DNA of 64,000 nucleotides from the IMG/VR virus record IMGVR_UViG_3300037423_001503; one strand, written 5' to 3'. The notes under the pieces were generated by a model that worked only from the letters and a program-made list of their open reading frames with translations, made no database searches and was not told the DNA's origin. This document shows positions 53,481 to 62,727 of the stretch, one piece after another. How positions within the stretch are numbered: the stretch's first letter is position 1; the number at the start of each line of letters is the position of its first letter. This stretch comes from a virus. Position numbers and translations under genes: made by a program.

Positions 53481-54211
53481 GGCTTATTGGACTACACGCA
53501 CGGCTTCACGCCGGCAAGGACACAGCGTTTGAGTTCATCGATAACTGGTCGCTGGTTCGCCGCCAGCTTGCGCAGCGTCGCGCCTTCGCTGACCCGCTGA
53601 AGATCTCTGGTATGCGCGCGCTCGGCTTCAAGTCCATCAAGCCCGATGATGCGGCCGAATCACATTGGGCTGTCCGGGTCGCCAACCAGATCAAGGAAAC
53701 CGGTCGAGTAACGGTTACCTGGGTCGACATCGACGGAGGCATGCGCAGCCAAACCATCACCGGCCGCGAACTGTGGCAGTTGTACGGCACAGAGGCGCAC
53801 CGAGCAGATGATCTCGGCTCAAGCTTCGGCGCGAACTTCTGGGTCGACAACTTGCTCCCGGCGGGAACCTCGTCGGAGCCTCTCACTCGCGCCGCTAACG
53901 GCGAGGCCACGAGCCTGACGCCACTGTGGTACAAGAACTTCGAAGACTGGCGCGGCAAGCGTCCTGACATCGCCGTCGTAACTGACGTCAGGTTCCCCAA
54001 CGAGGCCACGCGCATTCTCAAGCTGGGCGGCGAGGTGTGGAAGATCGACGCTGATCAGCGGCTTGGCCCCAACACTGACGGCCATGCTTCGGAGCAGCCG
54101 CTCGACGATGACTACATCAGTCGCGTCATCGACAACAACTCTGATCTCAACAACTTCGCCACAGGAATCGAAGCCGCGCTGGTTGGGACAACGCTCACGC
54201 CGGCCAAGTAA
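53477..54211 (+). CDS. Deoxynucleoside monophosphate kinase (T4 gp1/T5 Dnk-like)
   Basis: GKDT, AFADPLK, Q.YGTE, VTDVRFPNE, H.SE, IDNN. Confidence 0.9.
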   Translation: MRLIGLHARLHAGKDTAFEFIDNWSLVRRQLAQRRAFADPLKISGMRALGFKSIKPDDAAESHWAVRVANQIKETGRVTVTWVDIDGGMRSQTITGRELWQLYGTEAHRADDLGSSFGANFWVDNLLPAGTSSEPLTRAANGEATSLTPLWYKNFEDWRGKRPDIAVVTDVRFPNEATRILKLGGEVWKIDADQRLGPNTDGHASEQPLDDDYISRVIDNNSDLNNFATGIEAALVGTTLTPAK

Positions 54212-54214
54212 CGA

Positions 54215-54856
54215 ATGCTCACCATCGATGACATCAGGGACGATCGTCGGCGGTCAGGCTTTCGCGGTGTAACCGTCGACCACGGCGGTCATTCGCGGCA
54301 GGCGAAGCCTTACCGCGCCTCCAAGGGCGTCAAGGGCAGCGGCCCTAACTACGACTATTGGCGCGGGCCGCGACGCGAAACAGCCGAAGAAGCTGCGCGC
54401 GACTACTGCGATTACGTCAACGATGACTCAACAACCCCAACAACCCGACTAAACTCGGCCGGCCATTCAGCGCCGCAACGTCAGCGACTACCTCGCGATC
54501 CCGAGGTTGAGGCCGCTCTTGGGGTTCTGAGGGACGCTAGGGCTCAGCGCCAGGGCAAGCAGGGCTACGTGTACTGCATTGGCGAGACTCAGGGCGTCGC
54601 TTGGGGAGTGAAGGTCGGATATTCGGTGAACCCTGAGAAGCGCGTCACTGAACTACAAACCGGCAACCCTCGCATTCTCTCAGTGATCGGAAAGATCAAG
54701 GGAACGCCCGATGACGAGAAGCGCATTCACTCAAAGTACATGAAGTACAACTTGATCGGCGAGTGGTTCGTGCCGACGCGCGAGCTACTTAGTGAGTTTG
54801 GTCTCACATCCCTAGGAACGGTCGGCCATTCACGACTCGAAGAGGCGGCAGCGTGA
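54215..54856 (+). CDS. AP2-like domain fused to a T5orf172/GIY-YIG-type endonuclease
   Basis: SGFRGV...TAEEAARDY; GYVY.I, VKVGYS..PEKR..ELQTGNP, GEWF. Confidence 0.75.
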   Translation: MLTIDDIRDDRRRSGFRGVTVDHGGHSRQAKPYRASKGVKGSGPNYDYWRGPRRETAEEAARDYCDYVNDDSTTPTTRLNSAGHSAPQRQRLPRDPEVEAALGVLRDARAQRQGKQGYVYCIGETQGVAWGVKVGYSVNPEKRVTELQTGNPRILSVIGKIKGTPDDEKRIHSKYMKYNLIGEWFVPTRELLSEFGLTSLGTVGHSRLEEAAA

Positions 54857-55044
54857 GCTACTCAGATGACTACAAGGACATGCAGCATGCGAAGTTTTTG
54901 GATCAGTGGGCTCCGGACGACAGATTGCCTGAGTTGACCGCCGAAAATCTGCGCTACAACATCGCCAGGGCCAATAAGGCCGAGTCTGAACTGCGAGAAA
55001 TTCGTATCGCAGTTTCAGATATCAAGCGTGTGCTCAATCTATGA
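54853..55044 (+). CDS. Hypothetical protein
   Basis: GTGA overlap. Confidence 0.65.
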   Translation: MSYSDDYKDMQHAKFLDQWAPDDRLPELTAENLRYNIARANKAESELREIRIAVSDIKRVLNL

Positions 55045-55226
55045 CTTACAAGATTTACGACATGGATGACTGGGAGGTCATCCGTGACGAAACCGGCAAG
55101 ACCCTGTGGTCGGGTCACCGGCCATACACGCGCGACATCTTCGAAGCGCTTGGACTCGACTATGAGATCGAGTTCGTCGAGGACGAGGAGCGCGCCATGG
55201 ACATCATCTATGAGGGCGCTGAGTGA
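55041..55226 (+). CDS. Hypothetical protein
   Basis: ATGA overlap. Confidence 0.65.
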   Translation: MTYKIYDMDDWEVIRDETGKTLWSGHRPYTRDIFEALGLDYEIEFVEDEERAMDIIYEGAE

Positions 55227-55687
55227 GACGTAGGTCGAGGTTCTTCGTCGATAGCGATTTTGGTAACTGGCTCGCTGGTTTCATCGACGGCGAGGGATGC
55301 TTCTACATTACGCGAGACCGCAAGCGGTCACCTTATCGTGCTCGTTTCTCGATCGCCCTGCGCGCCGACGATAGGCCGATTCTCGAAGAGGTACGGGCAG
55401 TAACAGGAATTGGAACCATCCATGACTACACGGCGTCTAGCACGGGCAGTCGAACAACACGCTGGATGGTTCAGTCATACACGGATTGCGCAACATTGAA
55501 GTCGATCCTCGACCGTTATCCGCTGAGGGCAAAGAAGCGAAACGACTTTGATGTGTGGTCGCGCGCGTTGGTCACACAGGGCGACATCGCTACCGGGCGA
55601 CTGGCCAACAACGACGAAGTGAACTCACGAATGGCCGCGCTGAAGGAAGAGCTTGCGGTCGTAAGACGAAAGGGACTTGATGTCTGA
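55223..55687 (+). CDS. Free-standing LAGLIDADG homing endonuclease
   Basis: WLAGFIDGEGCF, GIG.I, YPLRAKKRNDF..W. Confidence 0.85.
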   Translation: MRRRSRFFVDSDFGNWLAGFIDGEGCFYITRDRKRSPYRARFSIALRADDRPILEEVRAVTGIGTIHDYTASSTGSRTTRWMVQSYTDCATLKSILDRYPLRAKKRNDFDVWSRALVTQGDIATGRLANNDEVNSRMAALKEELAVVRRKGLDV

Positions 55688-57551
55688 AGCAGACGTCATC
55701 ATCGATTTCGACGTGGAAACCACCGGCCTTCAGCCTTGGTCGCAGCGTCAGCATGCGTTCTTGTATCAGTTCTATGACGGCGAGAACCTTGAGGTTTTGC
55801 GCCCTGAGAACGACTCTGAGCGTATCCAATGGTGGTTTGACCGCGCCAAGAATTGCCGCGGCCTCCGTGCCTGGAACGGCAAGTTCGACAAGAGCTTCGC
55901 CTACGTCGGAGGCTTCGATCTGCCTGGTGACGGCAAGTGGATTGACGGCATGCTAACCGCGCACGCGATCAATGAGAACCGCTCCATCGCCCTAAAGAAC
56001 GTCGCCACTGAGGTTCTAGGCCCAGGCTCGGATGACCTTCAGAAGCAGGTCAAGGAATGGCTCACAGCGGAGCGACGACGCCGTAAGAGCGAAGCGCACA
56101 AGGCCGGCACTGAACTCATCGAGCCCACATATGCCGATGTGCCAGCAGAGCTAATGGAGACGTACGCCGCAGAGGACGTCATCCTGACTCGTAAGGTCGC
56201 TGACGCCTACGATCCCATTATCGCGAAGTCCAAGGACTTGACCGATATCGTCGCCTTCGAGCACGAAGTCTTTGATGCCTTGTGGGGGGTTGAGCGGCGC
56301 GGGTTCCCTGTCGACGACCACGGATACCACATGCTGCTGCACGAGGCGGCTGAGAACCTTGAGGCGCTTGAGGATCTCTGCGTCGCGCTCGCCGCCGAGG
56401 GCGGGGTCGAGGGGCTGAACCCGAACTCCACGGCGCAGATCATCAACGCCCTCAAGGGGCGCAAGGCCGACCTCACCTACATGGCGACAAAGAACGGAAA
56501 GCTCTCTGCTGACCGTGAGAATCTTGAGGCCGTAGATGATGAACTCGCCAAGGCGATCTTGGAATACCGGGCGGAGCGAAAGGTGCACGGCACGTACGTG
56601 CTTCCGTACATCGATCGCTCGTATGCGGCGTCGCTGCGCTCGTGGAAGGAGCCCTTCATCGCCCCTGACGGCGCGATCCACGCAAACTTCCGTCAGGTCG
56701 GAACAGTCACGGGCCGCATGTCGTGCTCTGATCCCAACCTCCAGAACCAGCCGCGAGACGACCTGCGCCTGCGTTACAACTTCCGCGCCGAGCCGGGCAA
56801 GAAGCTCGTAACCTGCGACCTCTCGAACGTCGAGATGCGCGTCTTCGCTGCCTACGCCGGTGAGGGTGCGCTGCTGCGGACGATCAAGGAAGGCGGCGAC
56901 ATTCACACGTTGACCGCCGAGATGATTGGTATCCGTGATCGTAAGCGAGCCGGCGGCGCAGTTGAGACCGCCCGTCAGCGAGGCAAGACGTTCAACTTCT
57001 CCGTCGTCTATGGCGGCGGAGTCAATACGATCATGAAGCAGCAGCGCGTCTCTAAGGACGAGGCGCGCCTCATGCTTCAGCGCTACAAGGACGCGTACCC
57101 TGAGGTGGTTCGGCTTCAGAACCGCATCGCCTATCGACTCGCAGACACCGGCTACATCAAGTCCGCGTGGGGTCGCCGGTTCCACGTTGACCCGCGAGAT
57201 TCCTACAAGGCCGTCAACTATCTCGTTCAGGGCACGTCGGCGGACCTGCTGAAGGCCGCGTTGATCAAGCTCCACAAGCAGGGCGTGCCGGTCGTTGGTT
57301 GCGTGCACGACGAGATCATCGCCCATGTTGATGAGTCCGACGCCGAGGAGTGCCGCCAGACCATCATCGAGGCGCTCACCGATCACCCGATGATCACCGA
57401 AAAGGTGCCGTTGGAGGCCGAGGGCGACATCGTCGATCGCTGGTCTGACGCTAAGCCGCTCGAAGAGCGCGACAAGGACGGCAAGAAGACCGGCCGTAAG
57501 TACTACTTCGATCCGAAGTGGACCGACGTGGAACGTAGGTACATCAAGTGA
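55680..57551 (+). CDS. polA: Family A DNA polymerase with 3'-5' exonuclease
   Basis: DVETTGL, N.KFD, YAAED; TGRMSCSDPNLQN, DLSNVEMR, RQRGKTFNF..VYG, QGTSAD, VHDE. Confidence 0.95.
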   Translation: MSEADVIIDFDVETTGLQPWSQRQHAFLYQFYDGENLEVLRPENDSERIQWWFDRAKNCRGLRAWNGKFDKSFAYVGGFDLPGDGKWIDGMLTAHAINENRSIALKNVATEVLGPGSDDLQKQVKEWLTAERRRRKSEAHKAGTELIEPTYADVPAELMETYAAEDVILTRKVADAYDPIIAKSKDLTDIVAFEHEVFDALWGVERRGFPVDDHGYHMLLHEAAENLEALEDLCVALAAEGGVEGLNPNSTAQIINALKGRKADLTYMATKNGKLSADRENLEAVDDELAKAILEYRAERKVHGTYVLPYIDRSYAASLRSWKEPFIAPDGAIHANFRQVGTVTGRMSCSDPNLQNQPRDDLRLRYNFRAEPGKKLVTCDLSNVEMRVFAAYAGEGALLRTIKEGGDIHTLTAEMIGIRDRKRAGGAVETARQRGKTFNFSVVYGGGVNTIMKQQRVSKDEARLMLQRYKDAYPEVVRLQNRIAYRLADTGYIKSAWGRRFHVDPRDSYKAVNYLVQGTSADLLKAALIKLHKQGVPVVGCVHDEIIAHVDESDAEECRQTIIEALTDHPMITEKVPLEAEGDIVDRWSDAKPLEERDKDGKKTGRKYYFDPKWTDVERRYIK

Positions 57552-57775
57552 CAGAGTTCAGTTACGACGACCGCGTAGATGCCGCCGCGGTCGCTCTGTT
57601 CGAGAACCTCGCCGATGAATACGACTGCTGGGACGAAGATCCCTTGGAGCGAGGACGTCGCTGGCGCGGCATGGCAGAGCGCGCACTCGAAGCAACCAGC
57701 GAAGATCGCGTCGGCTATTGGCTCGACAGATACGAGTCCGAGTACCGCACAGACTGGAGTTCAAGGCCTCTCTAG
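57548..57775 (+). CDS. Hypothetical protein
   Basis: GTGA overlap. Confidence 0.65.
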   Translation: MTEFSYDDRVDAAAVALFENLADEYDCWDEDPLERGRRWRGMAERALEATSEDRVGYWLDRYESEYRTDWSSRPL

Positions 57776-57777
57776 CG

Positions 57778-58167
57778 ATGCACACGTACTGCAACGGTAC
57801 CTACCACTACCACAGTGACGATGATGGCTTCGAACAGTGGCACGAACTCTGCCCCGGAGAGCCAACTTGTCAAAGCCCCAGAAGAAGTATCGAAGCTACG
57901 GCGGTGAGAATCCCTAACAAGATTTGGGTCGATATCAAGGCTGAGCGCGCCCGCCAGGACGCCAAGTTTGGTGTCCAGAGCCACGATAACGCAACCTGGA
58001 AGCTCATCCTCGACGAGGAGACAGGCGAGGTTGCGACTGAATGTCTCCAGGAGATCTTTGGCGACATCGCCAACGGTCACGGTAACTTGCGCGAAGAACT
58101 CATCCAGGTCGCCGCCGTGGCCGTCGCCTGGGTCGAACATCTAGATAGGAGCACAGATGCCGGTTGA
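57778..58167 (+). CDS. MazG-like nucleotide pyrophosphohydrolase
   Basis: ERARQD.KFG.Q, EETGEVA, REELIQVAAVAVAW.E. Confidence 0.8.
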   Translation: MHTYCNGTYHYHSDDDGFEQWHELCPGEPTCQSPRRSIEATAVRIPNKIWVDIKAERARQDAKFGVQSHDNATWKLILDEETGEVATECLQEIFGDIANGHGNLREELIQVAAVAVAWVEHLDRSTDAG

Positions 58168-58366
58168 CGGCCCGTTGGACTTGTTGTACACGATGCAGGG
58201 CGAGGCGTCGATCCGCGCCGAGCGTGCGAGCAGACACGCCAATGCGCTGCGCGCCGAGGCCGACGATTACGAACGTGAGGCCTTCCGTCACTCGTCGCAG
58301 GTCCAGTGGCTACAGCAGGCAATTGACGCCATGAACACAATGCCCGAGGACACAAATGAAGCTTGA
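58157..58366 (+). CDS. Hypothetical protein
   Basis: AGGAG RBS. Confidence 0.65.
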   Translation: MPVDGPLDLLYTMQGEASIRAERASRHANALRAEADDYEREAFRHSSQVQWLQQAIDAMNTMPEDTNEA

Positions 58367-58535
58367 AGTCAAGCACGAGGACAATGACCTGTCGATCAGC
58401 GGTGATCGCCGTACGTTGACAGCGCTGATGGAGATCATGCGTATCGCGATGTCGAACACGCGACGCGTGGCGTACGGTTCCATCGACGATGAAGTAGAGG
58501 GGCAGGTAGGATCTGTAAAGGTGAAGGTCCTGTGA
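58356..58535 (+). CDS. Hypothetical protein
   Basis: GAGGA RBS. Confidence 0.6.
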   Translation: MKLEVKHEDNDLSISGDRRTLTALMEIMRIAMSNTRRVAYGSIDDEVEGQVGSVKVKVL

Positions 58536-58690
58536 TACGCCTGGAGACACGCTTCACAGTGGCGCGTAAGTCAACCTACGAAGATGCGGCGGTGGAGGCC
58601 GAGAAGCGCCTGAAGGGCACGTTTGTGATCGACTTTGTCCGTGACGGCGTCGCTGGCGCTCCCGGCGTACCGACCTATGAGGCAGCCTGA
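58532..58690 (+). CDS. Hypothetical protein
   Basis: GTGA and TGATG coupling at both ends. Confidence 0.55.
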   Translation: MIRLETRFTVARKSTYEDAAVEAEKRLKGTFVIDFVRDGVAGAPGVPTYEAA

Positions 58691-58968
58691 TGGGACACAT
58701 GGAGTGGGATCACAACGGGCGCGCAAAGTGGCGGCAGCGGAGCACAGTTCCGTGTCCCGGGCCGCCCGGTCACGGAGGTTGCATCGGCCGGTATGAGGAC
58801 GACTACGGGTCAACGAAGTGGTGCCCGACTTGCACGTATGGTGACGGCCAGCAGGTCGTGATCACATGGACGCCGTGTCCTCGGTTCGACGCCCCGCGTC
58901 CGCCCAAGGGTTGGACTCCAGAGCGGTCAGCGGAAGAACAGATTGACGCAATCTACGGAGGCGTGTGA
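58690..58968 (+). CDS. Cys-rich hypothetical protein
   Basis: CPG...C...CPTC. Confidence 0.65.
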   Translation: MGHMEWDHNGRAKWRQRSTVPCPGPPGHGGCIGRYEDDYGSTKWCPTCTYGDGQQVVITWTPCPRFDAPRPPKGWTPERSAEEQIDAIYGGV

Positions 58969-59357
58969 TGGCTAAGAAGAAGGCTTACAAGGTTCCGTTC
59001 GACGACTACTCTGGCGATCAGCTTCACTATGCCGACAAGTGGACAAACCTTGTCCACTTTCCAAACGGCTGGGAGGCCTACAACGACGACTGCGACAATC
59101 CTGCAAACCGAGTCGAGGCCGGCGTAGAGTGGCGCGAGCCGTACGAGTTCGAGGACACGCTCAGGTACGTTACCTACCATCGCGGCCGTAGCGCCGCGTA
59201 TTTTGAGTTCGTGTCGCTCAATGACGGTCGGCGATACACGATGTTCTTGAAGCAATTCGATCAGGCGGTGAGTCGGATGGTCATGGGCCAGTTCACGGGC
59301 CGCTTCGGTTTTGTCAAGTACGGCCACAACTACGGAGTTGCACTGCTCGATGCCTGA
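58968..59357 (+). CDS. Conserved phage protein
   Basis: F.DTL.Y....RGRSAA.F...G.F.FVK.G.NYG. Confidence 0.8.
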   Translation: MAKKKAYKVPFDDYSGDQLHYADKWTNLVHFPNGWEAYNDDCDNPANRVEAGVEWREPYEFEDTLRYVTYHRGRSAAYFEFVSLNDGRRYTMFLKQFDQAVSRMVMGQFTGRFGFVKYGHNYGVALLDA

Positions 59358-59592
59358 CGCGAACGGAAACATCAAGGGCATCGCAGTACCTGCGTCGGCG
59401 AAGTGGCCCCCAGCGAGGCCGCCAAGGACGAAGTATGTGCCGCCCGACGAAGCTCCACGCAAGAAGAAGCGCCGACCCAGATCGGTGAAGGTCGTCGAGT
59501 GCTGCGATCTCTGCGGCAACACTGTCAGCGACTTCTGCGCGACCCCTCTACATGACCAGATCTACAACCGCCCTATTGGCAACACCGACTGA
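59350..59592 (+). CDS. Hypothetical protein
   Basis: GGAG RBS; CDLC. Confidence 0.6.
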   Translation: MPDANGNIKGIAVPASAKWPPARPPRTKYVPPDEAPRKKKRRPRSVKVVECCDLCGNTVSDFCATPLHDQIYNRPIGNTD

Positions 59593-59718
59593 TGCACGAT
59601 GACGACATCATCGCGATGATCCTATTGATCATCGTCGTGATTGGTTCTCTAGCACTCGCCTGCGCCGCGTCTGCGTAACCAACAACCCAAACATTCGAAA
59701 CAAGGTACACTTCATCTA

Positions 59719-60063
59719 ATGGGCTCTGAATCCTTTTTCCCTATCGGCACACGCCTCACCCACATCGAGACCAAGGAGGTCTTGATCGTCACCGGCGGCG
59801 GCGACCAGTTGGTTGTCTCTCCGGCTGAATTCGGCCCGCCGCGCGCTCTCGGAATCGTCGAGGCGCGGCAGGACTACACCGCAGAAATCCCTGAGGGCGG
59901 TGTCGTCGACACGCCTGAGCAGCAGCGCGCGAAGCTCACCCCTGAGCAGATCTTCGCCAAGGCCGCCGCTGAGGCAGCCGCCGCTGGCGTCGAACCTACC
60001 GGTCACCGCGGACGTAGGAAGTCGCAGGGTGACGCTGAGCCGCGTCGTCAGGGCGGCGAGTAA
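59719..60063 (+). CDS. Hypothetical protein
   Basis: ATG 7 nt after TACACT. Confidence 0.75.
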   Translation: MGSESFFPIGTRLTHIETKEVLIVTGGGDQLVVSPAEFGPPRALGIVEARQDYTAEIPEGGVVDTPEQQRAKLTPEQIFAKAAAEAAAAGVEPTGHRGRRKSQGDAEPRRQGGE

Positions 60064-60356
60064 TGGCTAAGCGCTCGCTGGAATCCAAGAAGCGCGCACG
60101 CCTCGTGCGAGCGATGTCAACCACACCGACTGGTCTCATTGATCTCGTCGACTACATCAGGTTGCGCACACGCTGCACCGCTGGTCGCGCCAAGGCCGCC
60201 ATCATGGCCGGCGCGCTGACCGTCGATGGTGAGCCGATCGGCTTCGTCGAGATCGACGACAAGATCCAGAAGGACAATAAGATCAAGGTGTTCACGCAGT
60301 ACGTGCGTGCAGATCTACGCGACCGGATTGTGGTGGTGAATCCTTCTGATTCGTAA
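60063..60356 (+). CDS. S4-like domain protein
   Basis: DLVDYI......TAGRAKAAIMAGALTVDGE. Confidence 0.5.
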   Translation: MAKRSLESKKRARLVRAMSTTPTGLIDLVDYIRLRTRCTAGRAKAAIMAGALTVDGEPIGFVEIDDKIQKDNKIKVFTQYVRADLRDRIVVVNPSDS

Positions 60357-60441
60357 CGTCGCCGCGCTCTGCACTGTAAGCACGAGGCTTCTGGATGAGG
60401 AGCCAAGGAGGACGATCGACTTCCTTGCTGGCGACGCCGCA

Positions 60442-60726
60442 ATGAGGATCGGACACCTAATCCGGGCGTGGCACGACGGAGGATGTGACGACCCAGCGCC
60501 TCAGCAGGCCGAGCGATCGTTTGTTGATCAAACCGGGTGGCTCACCGACGAGGAGCGCGCCAGGTACAACGAGCTTGGCGATCTAAGTCGCGCGAAGATC
60601 TTCAAGTTGTGTATCGAGTTTGACATGGATCGTCTTGCTGAACTCCCGCTCGCGCGGGCAGAGATGCGAGCGCGTACGCTGGCTGAGTCTAAGGCCTTGA
60701 CCTTCCTGGAAGGCGAGCTTCTGTGA
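60442..60726 (+). CDS. Hypothetical protein
   Basis: ORF in operon. Confidence 0.6.
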   Translation: MRIGHLIRAWHDGGCDDPAPQQAERSFVDQTGWLTDEERARYNELGDLSRAKIFKLCIEFDMDRLAELPLARAEMRARTLAESKALTFLEGELL

Positions 60727-61223
60727 GGTGGCTTTCCGTCGATCCCGGCGAGGACACAGGCTGGGCTCTTTGGGAGGACGGCGACCTCATCGACGCCGGC
60801 ACCGACAAGCTGTGGCAGTTCGGTGAGGCCGTCTACGCGGCTACCCACGAGGACTCCGAGAGCCTCGAACTCGTCGGTGATGACCTGGCGTTGAAGTTCA
60901 TCGGCGTCGAACGCATCGTCTGTGAGGACTGGCGCATCTACCCCTGGGAGGCCAAGAAGGGCACCCTGAACTGGGACCAGTGTCGCACAGCGCGGCTCAT
61001 TGGTGGCCTAACCTTGGTGGCGAAGATGAAGGGCATGGAGTTTGTCCTTCAGGGCGCGAAGATCAAGGAGCGCGCCGAGGCCGCCGGTGCTGAGGCGTTG
61101 TTCATGTCGCCGCTGGTGGAGAACCGCCACGCCAACGACGCCATCCGTCACGGCGTCTACTACTTGGCGATCGAGCGCGGCGCGCGGCCGGTCGAAATGG
61201 AGGGTGATGGTGCTAATGCGTAG
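60723..61223 (+). CDS. RuvC-like Holliday junction resolvase
   Basis: SVDPGEDTGWA, VCEDW, HANDAIRH. Confidence 0.8.
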   Translation: MRWLSVDPGEDTGWALWEDGDLIDAGTDKLWQFGEAVYAATHEDSESLELVGDDLALKFIGVERIVCEDWRIYPWEAKKGTLNWDQCRTARLIGGLTLVAKMKGMEFVLQGAKIKERAEAAGAEALFMSPLVENRHANDAIRHGVYYLAIERGARPVEMEGDGANA

Positions 61224-61395
61224 AGAGCACAGAAACCTCTACAGGCTGTGCCGCCCGCTGTCGTACGTCATGCCAGAGGCGGCGCTGCGCTGGCTGCATC
61301 GCCATTGGAAGCTGGCCTCGGACGACACCGATGACTGGAGTTTCTGGCTCGACGTCAGCTACGAACGCTACTGGAGAAGGAGTATCGAGCGGTGA
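61216..61395 (+). CDS. Hypothetical protein
   Basis: Overlapping ORF. Confidence 0.55.
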   Translation: MRREHRNLYRLCRPLSYVMPEAALRWLHRHWKLASDDTDDWSFWLDVSYERYWRRSIER

Positions 61396-61595
61396 CTGAG
61401 TTTAGGTTGTGCTGGTCAGCGAGCAGCAACATCACCTTCCGCGGCGAGACCGACTGGGAAGAGTGGGATAACGAGGACGAATCTCCAGAGATGTACTTCT
61501 ACTCTCTTGAGAGTCCTGGGCTTACCAACATGGCTGTCGGTCTCAGCGAAGTCTTGGAGGCCAGCGGTTTCGATTGGTGGGTAGAGACCAGATGA
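61392..61595 (+). CDS. Hypothetical protein
   Basis: AAGGAG RBS. Confidence 0.65.
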   Translation: MTEFRLCWSASSNITFRGETDWEEWDNEDESPEMYFYSLESPGLTNMAVGLSEVLEASGFDWWVETR

Positions 61596-61750
61596 TCTCC
61601 GGTAAGGTGCGCGGCGAATGCATTCACTTCGACTGCGCCACCGACGAAGAGATGACACTGACATGGATGGCATTCTTCACCGAGGAGGCCGCCAAGGACC
61701 TCGACTGCGATCGATGCGGACGACCGCTCAACGAAGTTCCCGATCCGTGA
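61592..61750 (+). CDS. Small Cys-containing protein
   Basis: ATGA overlap; CDRC. Confidence 0.55.
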   Translation: MISGKVRGECIHFDCATDEEMTLTWMAFFTEEAAKDLDCDRCGRPLNEVPDP

Positions 61751-61941
61751 CCGCAACGACAAGTAATTCACGCGTCAATCCAGAGCGTAACCGCTGCCCG
61801 AACTTCGAGGAGTGCGGTATGTCGTGTTCGCACGATCCGGAGTACATGGGTTGGCCGCAGACCGGGCTCCGATATCCTGAGCGCGCATGCAGCCGCGAGT
61901 GCGTTCGTGCGCTGCTGATGAAGCGGGCGCTGTCGGTATGA
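61747..61941 (+). CDS. Small Cys-rich protein
   Basis: GTGA overlap; CSREC. Confidence 0.5.
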   Translation: MTATTSNSRVNPERNRCPNFEECGMSCSHDPEYMGWPQTGLRYPERACSRECVRALLMKRALSV

Positions 61942-62252
61942 TCTTCCAAGAGAACCTAGGATACGAGCGAGTGCCGCGCGACGATGAGTTCGTCGATGCG
62001 GCATTTCGTCTTTGTGGTGAGGAACCGCCGCGATCCTACTCGATCTATACTTTGATGCGCGTCATCCCTCGCGACGTCGCCCGTCAGGAACTCGCTGGTG
62101 ACATCATGCTAGCCAAGATGAAGTCGCTGGCCGCCGAGCTAGACAGCGCACAGCCGCCCGCAGATGGACTGATTACCTGTGACTGTGCTTGTCATAGGCC
62201 GCCGTATTACGACCGCACCGGCGGCTGCGTCCACTGCATTCTGATTGGTTAG
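61938..62252 (+). CDS. Hypothetical protein
   Basis: ATGA overlap; CDCACH..CVHC. Confidence 0.6.
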   Translation: MIFQENLGYERVPRDDEFVDAAFRLCGEEPPRSYSIYTLMRVIPRDVARQELAGDIMLAKMKSLAAELDSAQPPADGLITCDCACHRPPYYDRTGGCVHCILIG

Positions 62253-62325
62253 TCAACACGACTGACCAAATCGTGTTACACTTCCTTCACCCCATGCCGA
62301 TCGACCTCAACAAGGAGTCGTCGGT

Positions 62326-62616
62326 ATTTCACGCCGAAGGAAGGGAGCAGAACCAGAGCCTCGGGTTTTGACCGAGGACGTGCAGGTAATTCTCCGTCGA
62401 GTAGTTCGCCCAGATCAAGACGATGAGGGCGCGTCGGTTGCGACGATTGCGGAGAAGGCAGACACATCAACACGGACCGTCTATCGCGTCTTGGCCGGCA
62501 CAACCAAGACGCTGTCGTTGAGCCTGGCGGACCGACTGTGCATCGCCGCGGACGCGCATCTCTCCGAGTGCCGCCTCTCGTGGCCCGACGGTAGGGTCGA
62601 GCCCTACTTGTGGTAA
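62326..62616 (+). CDS. HTH (XRE-like) DNA-binding protein; probable ATT start (TTG at 62368 is the alternative)
   Basis: VATIAEKADTSTRTVYRVL.G...ADRLC; AAGGAG-N8-ATT. Confidence 0.7.
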   Translation: MSRRRKGAEPEPRVLTEDVQVILRRVVRPDQDDEGASVATIAEKADTSTRTVYRVLAGTTKTLSLSLADRLCIAADAHLSECRLSWPDGRVEPYLW

Positions 62617-62727
62617 TCGCGGTACCGACCTTTCCGAACCAACACGGACCTCGGTAACACCGCTCCATAGGTGAGATCTACGGCCCAATAGGGCCTTTTT
62701 GTCAATCTGGTCGGTAGATTACGGTCT

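Noticed and set aside
55223-55687. Group I intron carrying the LAGLIDADG ORF
   Set aside because: The flanking genes appear complete and overlap the ORF directly, leaving no room for an intron core.
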